NCBI GenBank assembly: GCA_040755995.1
Contig: JBFMAF010000036.1
Span: 32,001 to 96,000 of the forward strand
Source: Acidobacteriota bacterium
GTDB lineage: Bacteria; Acidobacteriota; CAIWXX01
DNA length: 64,000 bases
Direction of reading: 5' to 3'
The position numbers and the translations under genes are program-made. Below are positions 38,201-45,413 of the stretch, piece after piece. Position 1 is the stretch's first letter; every line of letters starts with the position of its first letter. The notes beneath the pieces were generated by a model. The model did no database searches. It was not told the DNA's origin and worked only from the letters and a program-made list of their open reading frames with translations.

Positions 38201-39214
38201 GCTCAGCCGCGCGTACAGCGGCAGGATCTCCGTGCCGCGCAGACGGTGCCTCCGCAGCGCCTCGGCTGTCTCGCGGATCTCCCGTTCGCCGCTCAGGAAG
38301 ACCAGCACGTCGCCCTCCCCCTCGCGCATCACCTCGTCCACCGCCGCCACGATCCCATCGAGCTGCCGCACGTCTGCCTCATCCGAGTCATCGGCCTGCA
38401 GCGGCCGGTAGCGTACATCCACGGGGTACATGCGCCCGGAGACTTCCACGATCGGAGCCTCGTCGAAAAACCGGCTGAACCGCTCCGGATCGATCGTCGC
38501 CGACGTCACGATCAGTTTCAAGTCGCGGCGGCGATCAAGGAGCTGCCGGAGATAGCCAAGGAGAAAATCGATGTTCAGGCTGCGCTCGTGGGCTTCATCG
38601 ATGATGATCGTGTCGTATTGATCGAGATGCCTGTCCGTCTGTGTCTCGGCCAGCAGAATCCCGTCGGTCATGACCTTGATGTAGGTGTCCAGGCTGAACC
38701 GGTCGGAGAAGCGGACCTGGTAGCCGACGGCGTGCCCCAGCGTAGAGTCGAGCTCCTGCGCAATCCGAGCCGCAATCGCCCGGGCCGCGATGCGCCTCGG
38801 CTGCGTGTGGCCGATCATGCCCGACACACCGCGCCCCACTTCGAGGCATATCTTGGGGATCTGCGTCGTCTTGCCCGACCCGGTCTCGCCGCATATCACG
38901 ACAACCTGATGCCGCAGGATCGCCCGCGCGATCTCGCGCCGCTTCTCTACAACCGGCAGGCTCTCCGGATAGGCAGGCCTCGGGAGATTGGCGCGGCGGC
39001 GCTCGCGACGCGACTTCGATCGCGTGATCGCATTCAGCAGCTCCTGCCAGTCGGCGCGTGGCGCGCGCCGGTCCGGGCCGGGATGAGACAGAGCGCGGAG
39101 CCGCCGGCGGAGCGCTGACTGGTCCGCCAGCATGCATTCCGATATCTCGCGATGCAGATCCCGGCGTGGACGCCCCGGCCGCGGCGCGGCCTTCATTTCG
39201 CGATCCTCTCCCAT
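35243..39214 (-). CDS. hrpA: ATP-dependent RNA helicase HrpA
   Basis: GETGSGKTTQIPK, TQPRRIAAR, DEAHERSLN, TSATID, QRKGRCGR; C-terminal RWLLEEMRISLFAQEL (DUF3418). Confidence 0.97.
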   Translation of the reverse strand: MGEDREMKAAPRPGRPRRDLHREISECMLADQSALRRRLRALSHPGPDRRAPRADWQELLNAITRSKSRRERRRANLPRPAYPESLPVVEKRREIARAILRHQVVVICGETGSGKTTQIPKICLEVGRGVSGMIGHTQPRRIAARAIAARIAQELDSTLGHAVGYQVRFSDRFSLDTYIKVMTDGILLAETQTDRHLDQYDTIIIDEAHERSLNIDFLLGYLRQLLDRRRDLKLIVTSATIDPERFSRFFDEAPIVEVSGRMYPVDVRYRPLQADDSDEADVRQLDGIVAAVDEVMREGEGDVLVFLSGEREIRETAEALRRHRLRGTEILPLYARLSFQEQARVFQPHPGRRIVLATNVAETSLTVPGIRYVIDPGFARISRYSHRTRVQRLPIEKISQASANQRKGRCGRISAGICVRLYSEEDAAARALYTPPEILRTNLAGAILRMKALRLGDVHEFPFLERPDPRMVRDGYDTLRELQAIDVHDELTEIGRELARLPVDPRIGRMILEAREEGCLDEVLVIAAALSVQDPRERPMDVTEAADEAHAQFRVADSDFLAYLKLWEFYSEQAGQLSASKLRRLCRTNYLSFIRMREWQDIHQQLRSLVSEAGLRASKPPDSRPGAKTEAGEKPKTSDAKRYASIHRSLLSGLLSSCGTKSETVEYLGARGVKFYLHPSSGLFSIKPPWVMSAELVETTKLYARTVARILPEWVEQIGAHVAVRTYSDPRWDQRSGRVVADERVTVFDLPVVEKRPVHYGPVDPMTAREIFIQRALAGEEYDSDAPFLWHNRRLVDEIELLEAKSRRRDVLVDERSRFDFYDARIPASIYESRAFEAWRKQAERQKPRLLFMSRSDLMLHDARGITQEQFPDFMNAQGLELPLEYRHEPGRPGDGVTVTIPLHAIEEVPGERFDWLVPGLLLEKITALIRTLPKHLRTRFIPAADYARGAYDAIRSSPLSLPEALADYLTRQGFDKVEPADFDLESLTPHLRMQFRVVDEGGREVAAGRDLAEIRRRLGVRRLTPMEILSESPYNRDGIARWDFGDMAESVEVDRHGMRIRGWPALVDCGTSVSLRLFDTPETARIANCGGVRRLYALHLSDQLRHVLASLPDLKQMCENYKPAGTAAELKTDLADAIVQDAIPADLDVRAQGDFERNAEAARGRLLDAGRNLAALVARVLDAYAAVAVRVAEPHPGTWAPAIEDIKEQLSNLVHGGFISETQREWLAHFPRYLQGVLIRLSKLSNAGVAADSERAAVIAPLWRSYMERWDTHRQRALSDPELDRYRWLLEEMRISLFAQELRTALPVSLKRLEAQWLKVKE

Positions 39215-39322
39215 GTCCCGGCCATTCTACACCGCGCTGCCGAACGCATGCCTCGTGATGAACGCCGGGGGGAGCGTCTCAGCGTGTCGCAGCCCTGGGT
39301 AGACCTCTCGAACCAGCCCGAC

Positions 39323-39374
39323 AAAAGAAATTCGCAAAAAAGGTTTTGACAACGCCGGCCGCATCGCTTATATT
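39323..39374 (+). promoter_or_regulatory. Near-consensus sigma70 promoter with A-rich UP element upstream of kamA
   Basis: aaaagaaattcgcaaaaaagg, TTGACA (39346-39351), 17 bp, TATATT (39369-39374). Confidence 0.75.
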
Positions 39375-39485
39375 TCTTGTGGTCGGCGGTTGGAACACCA
39401 CAAGATGTTGTGTAAAACAGCCCAGTTTGAGAGCGTAATCGGTGTGCTTCGACCTATCGAGCAACTCGATGCCGGCCTCGAAGCA

Positions 39486-39520
39486 CCTGGATCCAGGAAC
39501 CAGGAACCTGGAACCTGGGA
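39486..39520. repeat. Heptamer tandem repeat (CC[A/T]GGAA)
   Basis: cctggatccaggaaccaggaacctggaacctggga. Confidence 0.7.
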
Positions 39521-39539
39521 CTATGTATGAAGGAGATTT

Positions 39540-40823
39540 ATGGAGCCCCCAAGTAGACGCCACACGCCGTGGGCGGACGTGCCGGAGGAGCAGTGGGCGG
39601 ATTGGCGGTGGCAGCTTCGCCACTCGCTGAGGACTGCCGACGAGGTGAGCGAGTTTCTGCGTTGCAGCGAAGGGCAGCGCGAGGAGATCCGGAGGCTGTC
39701 GGCCAATTTCCGCTTCGCGATCACGCCGTATTACGCGTCGCTGATAGATCTGGATGACCGCGACGATCCGGTTGCGCTGCAGGTGCTGCCGCAGTCGATG
39801 GAGCTTGTGAACGCCGGGGAGGAGTCGGAGGATCACATCGGCGAGGAGCACTATTCGCCGGTGAAGCGGATCGTGCATCGATATCCGGACCGTGTGCTGT
39901 TTCTTCTAACCGAGCAGTGCTCGGTGTATTGCCGCTTCTGTACCCGGCGCCGGATCGTGGGCGGCGGGATGGAGAAGGGGTATCTGGAGGAGATCCAGGA
40001 GGCGATCCAGTACGTCCGGGAGACGCCTGAAGTCCGGGACGTGCTGATCTCGGGTGGGGATCCGTTGATCTACGCGGAGGACAAGCTGGAGCCCGTGCTG
40101 GCGGCGTTGCGCGAGATTGAGCACGTCGAGATCATCAGGCTGGGCACGCGCGTGCCGGTGGTGCTGCCCATGCGGGTGACGGACGCGCTCTGCGGAATGC
40201 TGCGCAAGTACCATCCGCTGTACATCAACACCCACTTCAATCACCCGCGCGAGATCACGACGTACTCGGCAGCGGCCTGCGGGCGGCTGGCGGACGCGGG
40301 CATCCCGCTCGGCAACCAGTCTGTGCTGATGCGCGGGGTCAACGATTGCCCGGTTCTCATGAAGCGGCTCGTGCACTCTCTGCTCAAGATTCGGGTGCGC
40401 CCGTACTATCTCTACCAGGCGGACCTGGCTCCTGGGACCAAGCACTTCCGGGCGCCGATCAGCAAGGGGATAGAGATCGTAGAGGCGTTGAGGGGGCACA
40501 CGACCGGCTTCGCGGTGCCTACGTTCGCGGTGGACATGGTGGCGGGCGGAGGCAAGGTGCCGCTCGCGCCGAACTACGTCGTGACTCAGGCGCCCGGCCG
40601 CTGGGTGCTCCGCAACTACGAAGGGTTCATGTCGATGTACGTCGAGCCGGATGACTACGAGGACCGGTGCCCAGATCGATGCGGCGAGGATCACGGCCAT
40701 GCGAACGGCGAGACCATCGCAGGCCTGGTCAGGTCGCGCACACCGTTCATGAAGGCCAAGGGAAGGGCCGTCGCAAGGCCGCGAGTGCGGCAGAAGATCG
40801 CCAAGATCGCGCGGCGCGCGTAG
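39540..40823 (+). CDS. kamA: KamA-family radical SAM protein, likely lysine 2,3-aminomutase
   Basis: W-x-DW-x-WQ, HRYPDRVL, CSVYCRFCTRRR, SGGDPL, THFNHPRE, YLYQAD, PTFAVD, GGGK (PLP lysine). Confidence 0.9.
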   Translation: MEPPSRRHTPWADVPEEQWADWRWQLRHSLRTADEVSEFLRCSEGQREEIRRLSANFRFAITPYYASLIDLDDRDDPVALQVLPQSMELVNAGEESEDHIGEEHYSPVKRIVHRYPDRVLFLLTEQCSVYCRFCTRRRIVGGGMEKGYLEEIQEAIQYVRETPEVRDVLISGGDPLIYAEDKLEPVLAALREIEHVEIIRLGTRVPVVLPMRVTDALCGMLRKYHPLYINTHFNHPREITTYSAAACGRLADAGIPLGNQSVLMRGVNDCPVLMKRLVHSLLKIRVRPYYLYQADLAPGTKHFRAPISKGIEIVEALRGHTTGFAVPTFAVDMVAGGGKVPLAPNYVVTQAPGRWVLRNYEGFMSMYVEPDDYEDRCPDRCGEDHGHANGETIAGLVRSRTPFMKAKGRAVARPRVRQKIAKIARRA

Positions 40824-40878
40824 GCCCCGCCTTGGACGAGCCCTACGTATCCTGATGTCAACCAGCGTTTCGCGGCCG

Positions 40879-40955
40879 GCGCGGAGACGAGGCGAGGGGG
40901 AGACGCGGAGAACCGTCCCTTTTCACCGCGTCTACGTGTCTCCGCGTCACCGCAC
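40879..40955. repeat. Octamer-repeat inverted element
   Basis: gcgcggagacgaggcgagggggagacgcggaga ... tcaccgcgtctacgtgtctccgcgtcaccgc. Confidence 0.65.
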
Positions 40956-40975
40956 CGGTACCTGGAGGAGCAGGC

Positions 40976-41734
40976 ATGACTGAGACCATATTCATGATTC
41001 ACGGGATGTGGGGCGGCGGGCACTTGTGGGAGAACTACCGGAGCTTTTTCGGCGAGAAGGGTTACACCTGCATCTCGCCCACGCTGCGATATCACGACGT
41101 CAGTCCCGCGGATCCTCCCGATCCGCGCCTCGGTACGACCAGCCTGCTCGATTATGCCGCTGATCTTGAAACGCAGATTAGAAGCCTGAACGAGGCGCCG
41201 GTAGTCATGGGCCACTCGATGGGCGGGATACTTGCGCAGATCCTGGCCGGCCGCGGCATGGCGCGCAAGCTTGTCTTGCTGACGCCGGCCTCGCCGCGCG
41301 GGATTATGGCTATCAAGTGGTCAGTGCTCAAGAGCTTCCGGAGCGCCCTTCTCAGGTGGGGATTCTGGAAGCGGCCGCATCGGCCGACCTTCGAGGAAGC
41401 GGTGTACTCGATGATGGGGGAGGTGCCGCCGGGGGAACGCAGGTCCGCGTACGACAAGTTCGTGTTCGAGTCGGGGCGGGCGGCGGCCGAAATCGGGTTC
41501 TGGCTGTTCGATGGCCGCAAGGCATCGCACGTGGACGAGATGAAGGTGACCTGTCCCGTTCTGGTGGTCGCAGGCAGCCGGGACCGGATCACGCCCGCGG
41601 CCGTCGTGCGACAGGTCGCGCGGAAGTACAAGGCCACGTACAAGGAGTTCCCGGAGCACGCGCACTGGGTGCTGGGTGAGCCGGGCTGGCAGGACGTAGC
41701 CGGGTTCGTACACGATTGGCTGCGAGGCGGCTGA
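40976..41734 (+). CDS. Alpha/beta hydrolase
   Basis: IHGMWGG, GHSMGG nucleophile elbow, GSRDRIT, HAHW. Confidence 0.92.
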   Translation: MTETIFMIHGMWGGGHLWENYRSFFGEKGYTCISPTLRYHDVSPADPPDPRLGTTSLLDYAADLETQIRSLNEAPVVMGHSMGGILAQILAGRGMARKLVLLTPASPRGIMAIKWSVLKSFRSALLRWGFWKRPHRPTFEEAVYSMMGEVPPGERRSAYDKFVFESGRAAAEIGFWLFDGRKASHVDEMKVTCPVLVVAGSRDRITPAAVVRQVARKYKATYKEFPEHAHWVLGEPGWQDVAGFVHDWLRGG

Positions 41735-41752
41735 GGCTCGAAATCGCCCTGG

Positions 41753-42958
41753 TCAGGCCGATCCGCGCAGGCGCTCGGGTCGGTCGGCGCGCATATCGAG
41801 GTGGCGAACTACGAGTGCGGCTGGGAGCAGCAGAACGAGCAGCAGTGGCCAGAAGGCCGACTCGGGGAGCGCCGCGTGGAGCGGGAGAAGAAGGACGGGG
41901 TTGACGATCAGCGCAAGGCTCCAGGTGGCGCCGAAGAGCCCGAGGTAGCGACCGCGCGCCTCGGGCGGGGCCCAGTCGGCGAGGAATGACATCTGCTGCG
42001 GGAGGACCATCATCTCTGCCACCGCCCCGAGCAGCACGGCCAGAAGAAACCAGGTCCAGTGCATGAACAACCCTATGAGACCGAAACCAAGGCCCGCCAG
42101 CACGAAGCCGAGCGCGGCGACGCGGAGTCTGCGGTAGCGCTGCAGCCACGCAACCGCAGAGACCTCGCACAGCGTGATCAACACTCCATTCACGGCAATG
42201 AGCACGCCATACATGGAGGTCGGATATCTCGCTGAATCTGTGATCGTGAGGGGCAGGACAGTGAAGAGCGAGAAGATCACCATGGCGAAGCTGAACGATC
42301 CGAAGAGCAGGCCGTGGTAGACGTAGTCACGGGCGATCGCTTGAGGAGCGGGTTGAGTGGAATTCAGATTCGTGGCGAGCCCGCGAGTCTCCGGGATGCC
42401 GAAGTAGACTACGCCGGCGAAGAGCAGCGTCGTCACGCCGTCGGCTGCGAACAGCACCCGCCAGTTCCAGTCTACGATGAAGCCGCCGATGCCCGCGCCG
42501 AATGCGAACCCCAGGTTGACCGCGACCCTGAGAGCGCTGAATCCGACCGCGCGGTCCTTCGACGGCAGCACATCTCCGATGATCGCGGATGAGGCAGGGC
42601 GGTAGAGGTCCCCCAGGAAGCCGAAAAAGAGCAGCACCGGGATGAGGAAACCGGCCGAGGGCGCGAATGCCAGGGCCACGGCCAGGGCGCCGCTTCCGAC
42701 GAGGCTCAGCAGCGCCGTCTGCCGGCGCCCCATCATGTCGGTGAGCATGCCGCCTGCCAGGATGGAGACGAGCGACCCGATGCCGTACATGGTCAGGAGC
42801 AGGCCCGCTTTCGCGCCAGTCATCGCGAACTCGCGCGTGAGGACAAGCGTCAGGAAGGGCAGTATGAAAGTCCCGAGCCTGTTGACCAGAGTCCCGATGA
42901 CGAGGATCTGCACCGTCCTCGGAAGTCGTCGTAGCAGCACCAGCGGGCTCTGCAGCAT
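41753..42958 (-). CDS. MFS transporter
   Basis: About 12 TM helices; GGMLTDMMGRR (motif A); PEARGRYLG. Confidence 0.92.
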   Translation of the reverse strand: MLQSPLVLLRRLPRTVQILVIGTLVNRLGTFILPFLTLVLTREFAMTGAKAGLLLTMYGIGSLVSILAGGMLTDMMGRRQTALLSLVGSGALAVALAFAPSAGFLIPVLLFFGFLGDLYRPASSAIIGDVLPSKDRAVGFSALRVAVNLGFAFGAGIGGFIVDWNWRVLFAADGVTTLLFAGVVYFGIPETRGLATNLNSTQPAPQAIARDYVYHGLLFGSFSFAMVIFSLFTVLPLTITDSARYPTSMYGVLIAVNGVLITLCEVSAVAWLQRYRRLRVAALGFVLAGLGFGLIGLFMHWTWFLLAVLLGAVAEMMVLPQQMSFLADWAPPEARGRYLGLFGATWSLALIVNPVLLLPLHAALPESAFWPLLLVLLLPAALVVRHLDMRADRPERLRGSA

Positions 42959-42992
42959 GGCGGGTGATTGTAGCACGATCGGGATTGGGTAG

Positions 42993-43030
42993 CCGCGGGG
43001 ACCCGGAGACGCGGAGACGGGGAGACAGGG
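42993..43030. repeat. Octamer tandem repeat
   Basis: ccgcggggacccggagacgcggagacggggagacaggg. Confidence 0.6.
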
Positions 43031-43066
43031 CGCCGATAGCTGCGCCGCGTCGGGCTCGCGTGTTGG

Positions 43067-43420
43067 CTACGGCTCGTTCTCGGGGAGGGAACCGTTGATG
43101 ACCCTGGAGAGTATCAGCCTCAGGATAACTCGGTACAGGCCGGCCGCGAAGTCGGCTTCCTTCGATGGAGGAGTCCTCTTTGCGCACGGTGGCCTGGGAG
43201 TCTGGGGATCCTGCAGCTGGTCTCTGCGCGGGGCGACAGCGGGCACGTTCTCGTTGACGACGCGCGTGATCCCGTCGTCGATGAATGGGAGGCCCGTCCA
43301 GGCGCGGGTTCCATCGTGGGAGTGGACGCCGTCCGGCCTCGATCGCGTGGGGATCGCACACGGGCGTGCGAATCCGAACAGGAGAATGATCACCAGCGTT
43401 ATGTTGACCTTGGTTGGCAT
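43067..43420 (-). CDS. Small secreted hypothetical protein
   Basis: Strong RBS AGGAGG; signal-peptide-like N-terminus. Confidence 0.55.
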   Translation of the reverse strand: MPTKVNITLVIILLFGFARPCAIPTRSRPDGVHSHDGTRAWTGLPFIDDGITRVVNENVPAVAPRRDQLQDPQTPRPPCAKRTPPSKEADFAAGLYRVILRLILSRVINGSLPENEP

Positions 43421-43519
43421 TGTAGTCCTCCTTCGGAGCCGACGGCCCAGGTGGAGGGCGACGGAGCGCCCGCCGCTCGCGGGCGCCCCTTTGCGACCCG
43501 AATACTCCCCTGGGGCCGG

Positions 43520-45307
43520 TCAGCTGCCGCTGCGGCACGCCTTCGCCGCCACATCAGTCTTCTCCTCTTTGGCATCGTCTCCGAACGCGTACTTGACGCC
43601 CTCGGTGGTCACGATGAAGTGGTCGCCGTCGAACTGGGCGAGACCCATCTGGACGTCATACCCGGCGTTCTTGGCCTCCTTGGCGAATTCCCGGTATCTG
43701 CCCTCGTTGCCCGTCGAGTGCATCGGGAAGACCGCTCGGGCCGACAGCCGATCGATCGTGTAGAAGGCGCCCTTCTTGACGGCGACGATGTCGCCGAAGC
43801 CGCACCCGCTGACAGGGGTGAAGAGAATGTCCGCCTTCAAGCCGGCATCCGCGAGCAGGTCGATCTGCTTCTTGAAGGGTCCCGAGAAATCGCGCTGGCG
43901 ATTGGCGTGGTCGCCTGGGTGGAAGATGCTCACACCGTCGACTCGGACGTAGTAGCCTTGCCCGCTGTCATTGGATTCGATCGGCAGGATTTCGGCTCCG
44001 TCGACCGTCTTCTTCTCGCCGCACGGGATCATCGTGTACTCTTCGAACTTCTCCGGCTTGAAGCCCATGACGTAGGTCACGCCAGGCATGGTCTTGCTCC
44101 ATTCGAATATCGCCGGCATGAAGTGATCGCCGTGTTCGTGAGAGACGAAAACGATCGGTTTCATCCCTGCCAGCTCGCTCGGGTTGATCGTGCCGTCTGC
44201 CAGGCTGGGTTCAGTGGACGGTTCTCCTCGCTTCCAATAGTCGAAGATGAGCAGATGGTCCTTCGTACGCACGGCCCACCCGGAATGCCCGAGATACCAG
44301 ACCACTGCCTGTCCGCTCTCGATCGGCTCTTTCACCCACCGCGAGCAGTTCATTTTCGCGGTCTTGTCGTCCACCTTCGCTCCCTTGGCCGCCAGCGAGC
44401 CGGCGATTTTCTTGTGGCCGTAGCGGCAGGCGAAGTAATAGGGCGTGGCGCCTTTGAAGTCCTTCGCGTTGACGTCCGCCCCCTTCTGCACCAGCAGATC
44501 CACCACATCGGCATAGCCTTTTGCCGCCGCGATGTGCAGCACCGACCGTTCCGTCTCGTTCTCCCGCTGGTCCACCTTCGCTCCGGCTTCCAGCAGCAGG
44601 GCTACTGCGTCCCGCTTGCCGTTCCGGACGCTCAGGTAGAGCGGCGACCAGCCGGCCGCAGAGCGCACGTTCACATCGGCCCCTTTCTTGATGAGAAAGG
44701 CGACGATATCCGGGTTGCCATCGAAGCATGCGTGGAGAAGAGGCGTGGCGCCATTGTCCGACTTGGCATCGACAGGGATTCCCTGGGCGACGAGCCACGC
44801 TACCATCTCGAGCGAATCGCCGTTCGCAGCCCCGTGAAGCAGTGTGAAGCCGCCGTCCTCCTTCCTCTTCGGATCGGCGCCCTTCTCGACAAGGAACTTG
44901 GCCACGTCCAGGTGGCTGCCCCAGATCGCGTACTGCAGCGCGTCGGCGCCTCGAACGCTCACTGCGTTCACGTCCGCCCCCTTGGCCACCAGGAACCTGG
45001 CCATCTCGAGATGCCCGCCATCGGCGGCGTAGACCAGCGGCGTCTCGCCGACGATATTGCGACTATCCACCGGCGCTCCTTTGTCGAGCAGGAACGCCAC
45101 CAGTTCCTTGTGGTCGCCTTGAGCCGCCCAGTGGATCGGCTGCTTGTCGTTGCGCCCCTTGGATGTCAGCAGGGAAGCATCCTTCGCCAGCAGTTCCTTC
45201 ACCTTCTGCGTGTCCCCGGCGAGGGCTGCATCGTGGATCTCGTCGGCCGGGGCCAGCGGGCCGAACAGGATCAGCGCGAGAATGATCGCGGTTGCCAGAA
45301 CTCTCAT
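43520..45307 (-). CDS. Secreted ankyrin-repeat protein fused to a metallo-beta-lactamase-fold hydrolase
   Basis: Signal peptide; about 9 ankyrin repeats (TPLxxA...GADVN); WYLGHSG, SHEHGDH, IFHPGDH, FPMH. Confidence 0.9.
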   Translation of the reverse strand: MRVLATAIILALILFGPLAPADEIHDAALAGDTQKVKELLAKDASLLTSKGRNDKQPIHWAAQGDHKELVAFLLDKGAPVDSRNIVGETPLVYAADGGHLEMARFLVAKGADVNAVSVRGADALQYAIWGSHLDVAKFLVEKGADPKRKEDGGFTLLHGAANGDSLEMVAWLVAQGIPVDAKSDNGATPLLHACFDGNPDIVAFLIKKGADVNVRSAAGWSPLYLSVRNGKRDAVALLLEAGAKVDQRENETERSVLHIAAAKGYADVVDLLVQKGADVNAKDFKGATPYYFACRYGHKKIAGSLAAKGAKVDDKTAKMNCSRWVKEPIESGQAVVWYLGHSGWAVRTKDHLLIFDYWKRGEPSTEPSLADGTINPSELAGMKPIVFVSHEHGDHFMPAIFEWSKTMPGVTYVMGFKPEKFEEYTMIPCGEKKTVDGAEILPIESNDSGQGYYVRVDGVSIFHPGDHANRQRDFSGPFKKQIDLLADAGLKADILFTPVSGCGFGDIVAVKKGAFYTIDRLSARAVFPMHSTGNEGRYREFAKEAKNAGYDVQMGLAQFDGDHFIVTTEGVKYAFGDDAKEEKTDVAAKACRSGS

Positions 45308-45413
45308 GTTATCCTCCTATGTTGAGTTCACAATTACGTGCCATTCGATGTCTCCTCAATCGCAAACCTCTACCCTCTGTCGGCCTCACGGTCATGACGG
45401 AGTGTTTGTAACT

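Noticed and set aside
39381..39490. tRNA or lysine riboswitch behind the strong promoter
   Set aside because: No cloverleaf with a canonical T-arm and no L-box consensus; kept only as an unexplained structured leader.
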